Virus record (IMG/VR): IMGVR_UViG_3300043411_000952
Coordinates: 1 to 64,000 of that record
Direction: 5' to 3' (one strand)
DNA from: a virus
Length of the DNA stretch: 64,000 nt
Part shown: piece by piece, positions 1 to 9,869 of the stretch
Layout: every line of letters begins with the position of its first letter
How positions within the stretch are numbered: the first letter of the stretch is position 1
Position numbers and translations under genes: made by a program
The notes under the pieces: model-generated
What the model saw: only the letters and a program-made list of their open reading frames with translations
What the model was told of the DNA's origin: nothing
The model's database searches: none

Positions 1-114
1 TTGCGTATCTCTTACAGAAGTGCCATTATTTGATACTTCAGCGATAACTAGTATGGCCAGTATGTTCAGTGGTTGCGTATCTCTTACAGAAGTGCCATTA
101 TTTGATACTTCAGC
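1..114 (+). repeat. 72-bp-period coding repeat
   Basis: 42 identical nt (ttgcgtatct...gatacttcagc) at 1-42 and 73-114; degenerate copies follow. Confidence 0.9.
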
Positions 115-946
115 AGTAGTTACAACGAACAACATGTTCAGTGGATGTACTTCGCTACAGCGCATTCCTCTTTTCGTTACATCCCTTGTAACGGACGTGA
201 CCAGTATGTTCAGTGGATGTACTTCACTAACAATTGTCCCTGCACTAAATCTTTCTTCTGTAACTGCGTCTAATAATGCCGCTACTATTTTCTCAACATG
301 TTCATCGTTAAAATCTGCTCCACTTTCAGGGCATTCTGCAACTATAGCCTATGCATCGTGTAGCTTAAATAAAGCAGAATTAGAAAAGATATTTTTAAAT
401 ATTGGGGCGGGAGCTAGCAGAACTCTAGTCATATCGACAAATCCTGGAATATTACCCGCAGCAGTAAATAAAACATCTATAGCATCTACAGCCGGTTCTA
501 CTACGTTACCGATGGCCAACACGTCATCTATAGAGGTAGGTATGCAAGTAACTGGGACAGGAACCCCTATAACTACAGGGAGAGCAGTAACATTTACAGA
601 CGCAGGAGATTTAGTCAATTTGACTGCGCATGGCTTATCTGACGATGACGAGGTATCGTTTTCAGTCATTACAACCACTACAGGCATAGCTGTCAATATT
701 ATATACTATGTAATAAGCGCGGCCACTGACAATTTCCAATTATCTGATACTATTGGGGGCGCAGCAAAAGCATTAACGACAAACGGATCAGGGACCATAA
801 GATACAATACCACGGTTGTAACTATAAACACCAATACAAGCTTAATAATGTCGAGACCTATGGCGACTACAGTATCATCAACAAAAGCATTTAGACAACT
901 AGGCACATATAAGGCATTAATGAAGGGATGGGTAGTAACAGGATAA
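1..946 (+). CDS. Tail fibre/adhesin-like protein with BspA/DUF285-type repeats (5'-partial)
   Basis: ~24-aa repeats PLFDTS..T....MFSGC.SL. C-terminal beta-rich module (AHGLSDDDEVSF...YYVI...NFQLS) of a kind seen in phage tail proteins. The frame is open at the window edge. Confidence 0.65.
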   Translation, partial: CVSLTEVPLFDTSAITSMASMFSGCVSLTEVPLFDTSAVVTTNNMFSGCTSLQRIPLFVTSLVTDVTSMFSGCTSLTIVPALNLSSVTASNNAATIFSTCSSLKSAPLSGHSATIAYASCSLNKAELEKIFLNIGAGASRTLVISTNPGILPAAVNKTSIASTAGSTTLPMANTSSIEVGMQVTGTGTPITTGRAVTFTDAGDLVNLTAHGLSDDDEVSFSVITTTTGIAVNIIYYVISAATDNFQLSDTIGGAAKALTTNGSGTIRYNTTVVTINTNTSLIMSRPMATTVSSTKAFRQLGTYKALMKGWVVTG

Positions 947-947
947 T

Positions 948-1376
948 ATGAACACACAAGGATTCTATAAAAAAGATGGCACTCAAATTTTATTTGAGCC
1001 TGTATGTATAGCTGGCACGGGCTATTATTTAGATGCGGCTGAAAAAGATGCATATACTTACCCGGTTGACGGGTGGATATGGGCAGAGGATTTAGATGAT
1101 GCTATAAATCAATTCGCTGACACCAGCACAACATTTAGCGGTCATTTATTTCATGTTACTCCGGAAGATATCTATCTAGCTACGGCTAAATCAGATGAAA
1201 CCGAATTTAATAAGTTAGCTGCGCTTGTTCAATTAGGCATACAACAAGGCAAGTTGGCCTCCAGTACTGTTATAAAAATAACGGATTTCGACGGGCTGGC
1301 ACATACAATGACCATTGGGCGATTTCTAGATGTCATTGTAAACTACGGACTATTTTGCTACACGCTCAGGAATTAA
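948..1376 (+). CDS. Putative tail fibre assembly/accessory protein
   Basis: Starts 1 nt after the fibre gene. C-terminus (IKITDFDGLAHTMT) is reminiscent of DUF4376-like proteins. Confidence 0.45.
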   Translation: MNTQGFYKKDGTQILFEPVCIAGTGYYLDAAEKDAYTYPVDGWIWAEDLDDAINQFADTSTTFSGHLFHVTPEDIYLATAKSDETEFNKLAALVQLGIQQGKLASSTVIKITDFDGLAHTMTIGRFLDVIVNYGLFCYTLRN

Positions 1377-3841
1377 CGGCTTAATAATTTATCCGCGTCA
1401 AAGTATTCAGTAAGCGCAGGATTAGTGTGGTAGTAAGAGTTTAATGCTTCCAGCATACTCTCTGAGTCCACATCGACGGTATCTTCTGTGAACGACACAG
1501 ACTTAGATATTTGTTTCAATTCGTATTCAAAGCCTACCATATCGTCTATCTTATCAAATGCTTTTCTGCTGATCTGCATTTTATGGGCGTTTATATTTCT
1601 AATGAAATAATCTTTTACTTCATCTACCCTTATACGGCTGAGCATATTATCTAAATTCGCAAATGGTGTTTTACTGGACGGCCAAGACAGAAGCCCACAC
1701 GAATCTATGATGGCTTGCGCTCCCTCTTTCGAATACGCATTAGCCCGGGAAACGCTATGCTCTTGTTGAAAGTTCTCGGCCTGAGTTTGTAATGCCCATT
1801 CGGCTATCTTCTTCGTTACAAATTTTAATGTTGTTTGCGCCTTGTGTATGATATTCGAGGAAAAATTTTCGTTGATGACGGTACCTGTGTCACATAGAAT
1901 AAACGCAGATAAACTACTCTTATTGATTTGTGAAGAAGAATAACCTACCGCGTAAAATGGAAATCCTCGAAGACCTGGGATTTCTTCTCCTCTCATGTTC
2001 TGGTTTAATTGCAGTACTGTTGTCTGCCCAAGCGACGAAAAGATTTCTGTTAGCAAGCGACGCGCTTCTGAATTGTTATAAATAGGCAGAGGCTTAATTT
2101 GCATACCCAGGAACGTGCGCACAATAAATGCCGCTGCCTGGTTGAGTATGTTTACAATCACTTCAGGCAGATCATGATGCAGCGCGCACACATCCGATAT
2201 GTCAGTTGTAAAACTGGACAGTGTCGGAATAAGCGGATGTAAGTATTTTTTACCTGATCTAGATTCTTTACGGTCTGCAATGAAATAAGGAGCATAAAAA
2301 GAAGATCTGCGAGGCGACCACCCCAACATAGGAATACCTTCTGTCTTTGAAAGCTGCGCCACCTGCTCCCGGAGATAAGTAGTTAAATACTTAGCTCCAC
2401 TACGCTCCATGATGGTAGGTATATTAAGTTCTGAGCTAGCAGCACCCATGGTGGCACGTCGAGCTGCTTTTTCCAGCTCTGTAATCTTGTCTATCTCTTC
2501 CTGTTTTAAAATGAGCGGGTACTTATCATTATTAAACAGAAGATGCCCTGCATGGAAAATATCCGTGGATTCTGTGAATACTATGTTCTGCTCTAATTCA
2601 ATTGTAAAATTACTTATATTATTAGTGTATGCATCATTACTGTGCTTCTTCACTGAATACCCGTAGGGATTACTAAACAGTGTAACTTTATCGTCCTTAT
2701 ATACTGGTAACGTTTTAAAGAAGTTTCTGACTTCGTCAGCTTCCGCAAAATATCTATTGGCGTGTAGTCGCACAAGTAGTTCTTGTCGACTTTTATGATC
2801 GAGCTCAATTAGAGGAAGAATGTTACTGATAGGTATATTTTTCTTTAATTCTTTAACTAGACATTTAAGTATAAATTCATTAGCGGCTATTGCCTCGTAC
2901 TCCGCGCGTAAGCCTACTTTATTCTCAGAGACTGTCAGTTCTGGTATGTAACGTTGTAATGTACCTGCGACGCGTAAATCAGAGTGACTATCCCCGCAGG
3001 CAATATAAGTGGCGGAAGGAAGGACAAAGGATTCTCCAGCTTCCGTGGCATCTACCATCATATGCAGACATAGCATCTCCGGATTAAGGCGACTGTATTG
3101 CGTGTTTAACTTAGCCGCCTCTGCGTAAGTGTACGCTACCTTCGTTTTCTTACATCCTGGATGTCTTTGTAAAAGAGAAAAGAAAGATGTCCTAGAGGGC
3201 ATTATATTTATTTTCTCTGGTTTAGAGTCTGGCGTCTTTAGAGCCAGCAAATGGCTTATGGTATGATAATTTACAAAGTAAGGCAATACCACATAAGGTC
3301 CTGCCATGTTTATATTTTTATCAGGATATACATTCTTTATTAATTCTTTCAGCACTTCAGTTTCCTGCGCGCTAATAACAAAAACAGAATTACGTAATGC
3401 GTCCGGGTCTAAACCCTGTGCTCTCAATGCACTTCTGTATTGAATAATTTTAATGTTATTTTGTGAGCCGTTTAATGCATTCTTTAAAAAGAAATCGAAT
3501 ATTTTTCTTTTATTTTTTAATTGGCTGGTAATAAGTTTCTGATTCTTATATACAGTAGAATTCCTTAACTTATTATCTAGTATACTGTTAAGTGTTTCTA
3601 TGACACGGTCCCACCCGCAGACACCCTTAGCGACCAGGTAGTCAATACACGACCCTGCCCGGAAAGTGCATACGTTATTTTCACATACAAATTCTTTATC
3701 CAGAATGAACAATTTACTTTCGCATTTAGGACAATTTGTAGTATATTCACCACCTAGTCCTGTATGCAAGTCTCCGCCCAGCAAGTGTATTAACTCGACA
3801 GGGTTTATAATTTGATCCAAAGTTTGAACGCTCAATTCCAT
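1373..3841 (-). CDS. 822-aa protein with N-terminal Cys4 zinc finger, possibly primase-derived
   Basis: CPKC...CENNVC.FRAGSCIDYL resembles a primase Zn-binding domain; no clear catalytic motifs downstream. Confidence 0.5.
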   Translation of the reverse strand: MELSVQTLDQIINPVELIHLLGGDLHTGLGGEYTTNCPKCESKLFILDKEFVCENNVCTFRAGSCIDYLVAKGVCGWDRVIETLNSILDNKLRNSTVYKNQKLITSQLKNKRKIFDFFLKNALNGSQNNIKIIQYRSALRAQGLDPDALRNSVFVISAQETEVLKELIKNVYPDKNINMAGPYVVLPYFVNYHTISHLLALKTPDSKPEKINIMPSRTSFFSLLQRHPGCKKTKVAYTYAEAAKLNTQYSRLNPEMLCLHMMVDATEAGESFVLPSATYIACGDSHSDLRVAGTLQRYIPELTVSENKVGLRAEYEAIAANEFILKCLVKELKKNIPISNILPLIELDHKSRQELLVRLHANRYFAEADEVRNFFKTLPVYKDDKVTLFSNPYGYSVKKHSNDAYTNNISNFTIELEQNIVFTESTDIFHAGHLLFNNDKYPLILKQEEIDKITELEKAARRATMGAASSELNIPTIMERSGAKYLTTYLREQVAQLSKTEGIPMLGWSPRRSSFYAPYFIADRKESRSGKKYLHPLIPTLSSFTTDISDVCALHHDLPEVIVNILNQAAAFIVRTFLGMQIKPLPIYNNSEARRLLTEIFSSLGQTTVLQLNQNMRGEEIPGLRGFPFYAVGYSSSQINKSSLSAFILCDTGTVINENFSSNIIHKAQTTLKFVTKKIAEWALQTQAENFQQEHSVSRANAYSKEGAQAIIDSCGLLSWPSSKTPFANLDNMLSRIRVDEVKDYFIRNINAHKMQISRKAFDKIDDMVGFEYELKQISKSVSFTEDTVDVDSESMLEALNSYYHTNPALTEYFDADKLLSR

Positions 3842-3899
3842 ACTTCAATTTTCAGTATAGCACAATCTAAAGCGTGCGCGACAAAGAATTTAGAATCAC

Positions 3900-3928
3900 T
3901 TGACCTCATTTAAATTTACGACGATAAT
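3900..3928 (+). promoter_or_regulatory. Sigma70-like promoter (near-leaderless)
   Basis: TTGACC-N17-GATAAT ending 5 nt before ATG 3934. Confidence 0.5.
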
Positions 3929-3933
3929 TACTT

Positions 3934-4986
3934 ATGAATATGGACTTCACTAAAGACCAAAATCCCACCGCACTTTACGAAGTAGGCATTAAGGCTGGCG
4001 ACAGTCTGCCTGACTATGTCAAAGAAGCGTCTATTCTTCAAGAGGAAGATTTGGTATCTTTACATGCTTGCGCCTTTGCTGACACAGTAAATAGACTGCA
4101 CCCTATTCATACAAAATCGGCTACTTACATGAGCGCTGTGTACCTAGCTGGTGAAGGCAAGGAGGATACAAAGGAGTTCGCTGCTGTAAAAGAAGCGGCA
4201 GCCTTGTTCGATATCGAGGAAGACGTAGATGCCGCTGTAGCTCTGCTTTCTAAGTTGGAGAAATCCGCTCATGAACTGGCTACAGATAAATATGCGCTTA
4301 GTTTCGAAATAGAAGAGCAGGATACATGGAAAGCCTATGCTATTAATAGTGAAGTCGAAGTTACGAAAGCGGCCACAGATGCCGTTCGTGACTGGAACGA
4401 CGAGCATATCCCTACCGATTGGTTCTTCCATGCCGCGCGCAATATCGTTAAAAGAGCTAATGAATTAAGTATTCCACGTAATGCTATCCCTGAAAAAGTA
4501 TGGCGTTTTGGCGAGGAAAGACTGGTAGACTTTGATAATGTAGATTACGCGATTGGAGAGCGTGCTCGCGCAGGTGTTACTGACGTAACTGAATATACTC
4601 AAGCACTTAAACAAGCCTCTGCTGGTGAAATTACCGTCGATCAGGCGGTCGACACCTGGATGGGTTTAGATGCGGTACATAGCATTAGCCACAAACGCGT
4701 GACATCGCCGCAAGAGGCGTTCTATTCAGGCGCTAAAGTTGCTTACTTACAAGACTTAGCAGAAAAGAATATTTTCGTTTCTAACGTGATGGTACCTGCT
4801 AACGAGTTTAATAAATTAGCGGCTGACAGCTATAAGGCCGTCAGAATGGCCTTCCGTAAAGAAGCTGCAGATAACATTATTAACATTCTTTCTGAAAAGG
4901 ATGCAGCTAAGACTACGGCTAAAATTGCCAGCCTTGAAAGTAATCAACAGAAACAATTGTTGAGTTTACTTTTAAAGGTGGCATAA
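3934..4986 (+). CDS. Putative virion/head-associated protein (K-x-A rich)
   Basis: 350-aa acidic, helical-looking ORF with VKEAS, TKSAT, VKEAA, EKSAH, VKRAN, LKQAS. Confidence 0.55.
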   Translation: MNMDFTKDQNPTALYEVGIKAGDSLPDYVKEASILQEEDLVSLHACAFADTVNRLHPIHTKSATYMSAVYLAGEGKEDTKEFAAVKEAAALFDIEEDVDAAVALLSKLEKSAHELATDKYALSFEIEEQDTWKAYAINSEVEVTKAATDAVRDWNDEHIPTDWFFHAARNIVKRANELSIPRNAIPEKVWRFGEERLVDFDNVDYAIGERARAGVTDVTEYTQALKQASAGEITVDQAVDTWMGLDAVHSISHKRVTSPQEAFYSGAKVAYLQDLAEKNIFVSNVMVPANEFNKLAADSYKAVRMAFRKEAADNIINILSEKDAAKTTAKIASLESNQQKQLLSLLLKVA

Positions 4987-4992
4987 TGCTGT

Positions 4993-5622
4993 ATGCTCGA
5001 TACATTTCCGTTCGATAAACGATTAGCTGCGGATCTCTTAGCCGATACTGAAACAACGGCTACAGTTCTGCATATGATCATATTGGCCGCTTACGGAGAT
5101 GAGGTATACGGCTCATTAGAACATAATATCGAGCCCGCTGACCCGGTTGAGTTGTGGCTGCGGATTAAAGAAGATTTCTCCGTAAATGTTCCAGAGTCTA
5201 ATGAGAACAAAGTGAATGCGCTCATGTTAGCCTTATCTACGGACGCTTTCTATGAGGATCCTTTGGCTTTCATAAGTATCGGTAATGCTCTGTATTCCGG
5301 GGATCTCGGTGACTTAGTTAACGGAGCTCTAGAGGACTTAACCATGGCCGAAATGCTTTGGAGTATTTACGAGGTAGAGCTTAACCGTGGAGATTCAGAA
5401 GGATTTGCTTTATCTATCGACCGGTTAATCGATGAGATCATTAAAAACGAAGCGGAAGATAGTGAGGAATTAGAGGAGGCTGAAGTGGTTCCTTACTATG
5501 AAAGGTTCGTGGCTGAAATGCGAGATGATATGCTGGTTCAAATGCGCCTACTAGGCGTAGACGAAATGGTTATTAAAAAGATTCTCAAAGAGGATCTTAC
5601 TCCTGCGCCGGAATTATCCTGA
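4993..5622 (+). CDS. Hypothetical acidic protein
   Basis: 209-aa ORF co-oriented with and 6 nt after the upstream gene. Confidence 0.75.
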   Translation: MLDTFPFDKRLAADLLADTETTATVLHMIILAAYGDEVYGSLEHNIEPADPVELWLRIKEDFSVNVPESNENKVNALMLALSTDAFYEDPLAFISIGNALYSGDLGDLVNGALEDLTMAEMLWSIYEVELNRGDSEGFALSIDRLIDEIIKNEAEDSEELEEAEVVPYYERFVAEMRDDMLVQMRLLGVDEMVIKKILKEDLTPAPELS

Positions 5623-7503
5623 GATAGCGCCGCCTAAATCAAAGCCGCTATGTGGGTTGAAGAACTGAGTCGGCTGCGAAGAGTTGAATGTTTCCCTGAA
5701 CAGATGACTTAGCGCCGGGTCCTCGAGGATAGGTTCATTCAGAATAATTCTAGCTAGACAGAAGGCGAAGTTGATAGCGTGTAGCGTATCGTCCGCTTTA
5801 GCCCCATGGCGTTGATACCTGAAGCTTGAGTTACCCCCCATTGTTTCTGTAGGTACACGATACAGGTTTAGTAATTCACTGAGCCTATCCTGCGCCAGAT
5901 CCCAAGAGTAACATCTAAATCTTCTACTTTTAATCGCCTGGTACAGACTAGTTATGGATTCGGTTCTATTAAGTGAATATTGATTGAACCACCCTGGGCC
6001 GCTGCTGGGTGCTTTGATGAGTGCCGACTGCGGCCCTACATAGCCAAAAATGAAATGCCTCTCCGGGCGAATAATAGGATTTTCCCGGAGCAGCATATTA
6101 TAGGCAGCACCAACACCAAAGTCAGAAGCTATACCTACACAATTGTATGCCTTGTGATCGTCACAAATTTGATTGGCAATACTTCTATAATCCATACCTG
6201 CGTATTGTCTGATATGAATAATCTCTATACTCCCATCCCAGCAAATACCTAAAATGGCGTGTACTGTGTAGGACACTTTAGTTCTGGTAGCTGGGTTATA
6301 ATCTGAACCACCCCAGTCACATCCTGATACTGTGTATTTATAACGGCCTAGTTCTGAACTGGTTAAACTTTTAAGTGTTTCTGGTGTTTCTGGAAGAACA
6401 CAAATATTCTTTAGATCCTGTGTTGTTATTTCCCGCATACCTTCTTCTGTGGGAATACCTAGAATTTCCTGCATGAATTTTTTAATGTCATAGCTTTGAA
6501 AGGCGTTCCAAATCTCCATCCACTTTTGGGGTGTATTAGCATAGTCTGGAATAATAATCTGAGGAATATGAAAGCCCAGATACCCTTGTTCAAAGTTAGT
6601 TTGAAATTGATGTACGAATCTACCATCAGTTACATCGATTACTTTACCTGTGGCGGGATTAGTGAGGCCTTGTGGTTGAATAGCTTTAAGGACATCATCT
6701 TTATCTGAGCAATTAAGCCAGCCATGCCCTGAGCTATTCGAATGATAACCTGGCGCTCTGAGTAACCACGCTGCTTGACTTGAATCTAGGAATTTTGTTT
6801 CCAACAAAGAATCAGTAGTAGTAGATGTACCTGCGTAAATGGTGGTTGCCATTCGCGATGCCTTTTGACACTGCTCGATGTCAGGGAGAAAGTCTGGATC
6901 CAATAACTGCGCTTCGTCAAAAAGAGCCTCATCGCAAGTTTTTGAACGGGCCTCCTGCGTATCCGTTAGACACTTAACCATCATAGTTACTGATCCGTTT
7001 GGATATTCTTTATACGTTAAATTCTGCCTAAAGTCTTTATGCACTTGATAGAATCTAAAAGCTCTTTCCATTTCACGTACACGATTAGCGTATGTGTCTA
7101 AGAAGGATTGATGCGGAACAATATACATACTACGCCTACTGCGCATTATGTGGGCGTATATTAACTGCCTAGCGCTAAAGCTCGTAGATTTTCCTATTTG
7201 TCTCCCCGCTCTTATACTAAGGAATCCGCCTATCTGCATATGAAACATAGCGAAGGAGTAAGGTCTAGCTGAGCAGGACAAGGGTTTATCATACGGGTAT
7301 TGAGGAAAAAAGTAGGGGACAAGTAAACCTGCATTGTATTTGCAAAGTCTGTAAATATCTATTACCCTACTAGCGATCTTGTCGTTGCCATGCGGGTCCC
7401 CGTCAGTTTCTTTTTCTAATCGTTTGATATCATCATTTAACGCTTTAAGCTTATACCTAAACTCCGCATTTGTTTTGACTTCCCAGTTTAAATCGATGTA
7501 CAT
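5614..7503 (-). CDS. terL: Terminase large subunit
   Basis: Walker A-like AGRQIGKST, Walker B LFDEAQ, motif III YAGTS, nuclease GCDWGG and C-terminal DDTLHA. Confidence 0.85.
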   Translation of the reverse strand: MYIDLNWEVKTNAEFRYKLKALNDDIKRLEKETDGDPHGNDKIASRVIDIYRLCKYNAGLLVPYFFPQYPYDKPLSCSARPYSFAMFHMQIGGFLSIRAGRQIGKSTSFSARQLIYAHIMRSRRSMYIVPHQSFLDTYANRVREMERAFRFYQVHKDFRQNLTYKEYPNGSVTMMVKCLTDTQEARSKTCDEALFDEAQLLDPDFLPDIEQCQKASRMATTIYAGTSTTTDSLLETKFLDSSQAAWLLRAPGYHSNSSGHGWLNCSDKDDVLKAIQPQGLTNPATGKVIDVTDGRFVHQFQTNFEQGYLGFHIPQIIIPDYANTPQKWMEIWNAFQSYDIKKFMQEILGIPTEEGMREITTQDLKNICVLPETPETLKSLTSSELGRYKYTVSGCDWGGSDYNPATRTKVSYTVHAILGICWDGSIEIIHIRQYAGMDYRSIANQICDDHKAYNCVGIASDFGVGAAYNMLLRENPIIRPERHFIFGYVGPQSALIKAPSSGPGWFNQYSLNRTESITSLYQAIKSRRFRCYSWDLAQDRLSELLNLYRVPTETMGGNSSFRYQRHGAKADDTLHAINFAFCLARIILNEPILEDPALSHLFRETFNSSQPTQFFNPHSGFDLGGAISG

Positions 7504-7505
7504 AT

Positions 7506-7742
7506 ATGGCTTTCTCCTACACAGCTAATTCTTTAAGACACATCCGTCCCAATCGGTTTTTAAAAGCTAGATTTAGAAATATTAGATGGAACAGAGATGA
7601 CACTATTGTTGTTGACAGCGCCCCTGTCAATGATAATAAATTCATACCCACTGATCCTGTGGTAGTAAATGAGCAGTTGATCAACACATTGAATAACACA
7701 GATGCGAAACTCGAAAGAATCAGAAACCGCTACAACGGATAA
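7506..7742 (+). CDS. Hypothetical protein
   Basis: 78-aa ORF head-to-head with terminase. Confidence 0.5.
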   Translation: MAFSYTANSLRHIRPNRFLKARFRNIRWNRDDTIVVDSAPVNDNKFIPTDPVVVNEQLINTLNNTDAKLERIRNRYNG

Positions 7743-8151
7743 AGACGAAACTAAATTGTTTGAGGATTTTCAGAAAGTTCTTGCAACGCTACAAGATATT
7801 GCTAAAAAACTTCCAGACACTGAAAAGGTATTTGACCCTGTCTCTTACTTGATTAAGTCTCTGAAAGAAAGCGACGTCTTAATTGAATACAGAATCGTAG
7901 CCCACAGTAAACATGGAGAAATATTCAATATTGAAGGTGTAAGTAACCTACCCAGATTGTTTGACGAGTCTATGTTACCAGAAGCACCTACTAATTTTGA
8001 GAACGCATTTAACTCCAGCATCATACGCCCTGCATTAAATGCATTCATGAAATATACCCGGGATAAGGTAGAGGAGTATAAGAAACCAGTTTCAGGTTCG
8101 CAGTCGTTAATGTTACCTAATACAGAACAGCAAGAATTCATATCAGCATAA
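7702..8151 (+). CDS. Hypothetical protein
   Basis: 149-aa ORF ending 4 nt before thyA; start uncertain. Confidence 0.65.
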   Translation: MRNSKESETATTDKDETKLFEDFQKVLATLQDIAKKLPDTEKVFDPVSYLIKSLKESDVLIEYRIVAHSKHGEIFNIEGVSNLPRLFDESMLPEAPTNFENAFNSSIIRPALNAFMKYTRDKVEEYKKPVSGSQSLMLPNTEQQEFISA

Positions 8152-8155
8152 AGTT

Positions 8156-9754
8156 ATGATTGAGTATCAAAAGTTAATGAGGCATGTGTTGGAGAATGGT
8201 GTGTATAAGATGGATAGAACTGGCACTGGTGCTATTTCTGTATTCGGTACACAGAGTCGTTACAACCTAACTGAGGGCTTCCCTTTGGTGACGACAAAGA
8301 AGATGTTTACACGGGGGGTGGTTGGTGAGCTTCTGTGGTTCATAGAAGGCAATACCAACGCACGTTACCTTGAAGAGAAATACGGAATTAAATTCTGGAA
8401 AGACTGGGCAAATCCTGAAACCGGAGAGCTCGGACCTTTGTACGGTAAGCAGCTGCGAAATATTGAATATTCTTACTGGGTAGAGCCTAAACTTCGAACG
8501 CAGTCCGTAGAAGATATAGTTTTAAAAACTAGTTTTGATAAGAATATCATCGTGGATTATTTATCAGGAGAGTCGGTACATCTAGGTAAAACAATACAGA
8601 CCAAAGAATGTGGACCCTGTACAGTAGTTAAAGAGATTTCCGCGCCTTCTGGTAGAAGCCAATTCGATGTAAAATTCCATACTACTGGTTACACACGTCG
8701 TGTAGATTACTCGACCGTACAAACTACCACAATTAAGGATCCGTATCATCAGTCTGTATTCGGTGTAGGTTACTACGGGGAGTTTGAGGAAGACGAGCAT
8801 ACACCCATGCTGAAAACAACGTGGCGAGAAATGTTACGACGTTGCTATAATACTGAAAGTGACTCTTATAAAAGTTACGGAGCTAAAGGTATACATGTGC
8901 ATCCGTTATGGCTTTGCTTCGCTAATTTCAACAAAGACGCCAGAACTTTAACAAACTGGAGTTGTCGTTTAGAGTACGCGGCTGAATACGAGTTGGATAA
9001 AGATGTACGCTATGCCGCCAATTACTACAGTAAAGAAACCTGTATGTGGTCTTCTAAACTAGAGCAAGGGTATAACACGTCAACAAATAGACCATTTAAA
9101 TGTATAAATCCTGAGGGTAAGGAAATTTTCTTTAGGTCCGTGGGCGAGGCCCAAAGAAAACACGATCTTAACATTTCTGCCGTACATCGTTGTTTAAACG
9201 CAGAACTTCACACGCATCACGACTGGTCCAACTTTGAATATGTCGTAGAAGAAGGCAAGGTTTGTCGCACAAGGGTTATTGATCAGCTGAAAGAGGTTAT
9301 CGCGGAAATTAAACATAACCCAAATAGCCGTAGATTAATAATTAGTCTTTATAACCCGCATGAAGTAGATAAAATGAGTCTTCCTCCCTGTCATGGTAAC
9401 ATGATTCAATTTTTTGTTGATGATGAAAATAGATTGAGCCTACACATGTATCAGCGCAGCGGAGACCTATTTTTAGGGGTGCCTGTAAATATTGCCAGTT
9501 ACGCTCTATTGCTAATGCTGGTAGCGCAAGTTACTGGATACAAAGCACATGAATTTGTACATACCATTGGTGACGCGCATCTCTATGTAAATCATATTGA
9601 GCAAGCTAAGCTCCAGCTTTCCCGGGAACCTCTTGAACGCCCAACTATGATCATTAATCCAAACATCCAAAACATTGATGACTTTAGATATGAGGATTTT
9701 GAGCTGACTAATTATCAATGTTACCCAGCTATTAAAGCAGAAATCGCTGTTTAA
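8156..9754 (+). CDS. thyA: Thymidylate synthase with in-frame endonuclease insertion
   Basis: DRTGTG, FPLVTTKK, ELLWF, LGPLYGKQ, IDQ, NSRR, LPPCH, YQRSGD.FLGVP.NIASY, GDAHLY.NH. Confidence 0.95.
   Translation: MIEYQKLMRHVLENGVYKMDRTGTGAISVFGTQSRYNLTEGFPLVTTKKMFTRGVVGELLWFIEGNTNARYLEEKYGIKFWKDWANPETGELGPLYGKQLRNIEYSYWVEPKLRTQSVEDIVLKTSFDKNIIVDYLSGESVHLGKTIQTKECGPCTVVKEISAPSGRSQFDVKFHTTGYTRRVDYSTVQTTTIKDPYHQSVFGVGYYGEFEEDEHTPMLKTTWREMLRRCYNTESDSYKSYGAKGIHVHPLWLCFANFNKDARTLTNWSCRLEYAAEYELDKDVRYAANYYSKETCMWSSKLEQGYNTSTNRPFKCINPEGKEIFFRSVGEAQRKHDLNISAVHRCLNAELHTHHDWSNFEYVVEEGKVCRTRVIDQLKEVIAEIKHNPNSRRLIISLYNPHEVDKMSLPPCHGNMIQFFVDDENRLSLHMYQRSGDLFLGVPVNIASYALLLMLVAQVTGYKAHEFVHTIGDAHLYVNHIEQAKLQLSREPLERPTMIINPNIQNIDDFRYEDFELTNYQCYPAIKAEIAV
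8459..9277 (+). mobile_element. In-frame HNH-type homing endonuclease plus NUMOD1-like domain inside thyA
   Basis: 273 codons replace a ~9-aa loop. Motifs WREMLRRCYN..YKSYGAKGI.V...W..F.NF, LDKD....YSKETCMW and FRSVGEA......S.V..CL. Confidence 0.8.
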
Positions 9755-9774
9755 TTAACCTAACATATTTACCG

Positions 9775-9803
9775 AAGGGGTACTCGCAACAGAGTGCCCC
9801 TTT
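9775..9803 (+). terminator. Probable terminator hairpin after thyA
   Basis: AAGGGGTACTC-GCAACA-GAGTGCCCCTT followed by a short T run. Confidence 0.6.
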
Positions 9804-9823
9804 GTGTTATATAAATTTGTACG
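9803..9823 (+). promoter_or_regulatory. Recurring phage promoter-like motif, copy 1
   Basis: TGTGTTATATAAATTTGTACG, identical at 10282, 12870 and 61354. Confidence 0.75.
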
Positions 9824-9869
9824 CCAGCAATGGCTTTTATATTAAAAAACAACAAAACAATATTATATT

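Noticed and set aside
8459-9277. Intein or group I intron in thyA
   Set aside because: No splicing blocks or terminal residues, and no P/Q/R/S elements seen by eye; kept as an in-frame fusion.
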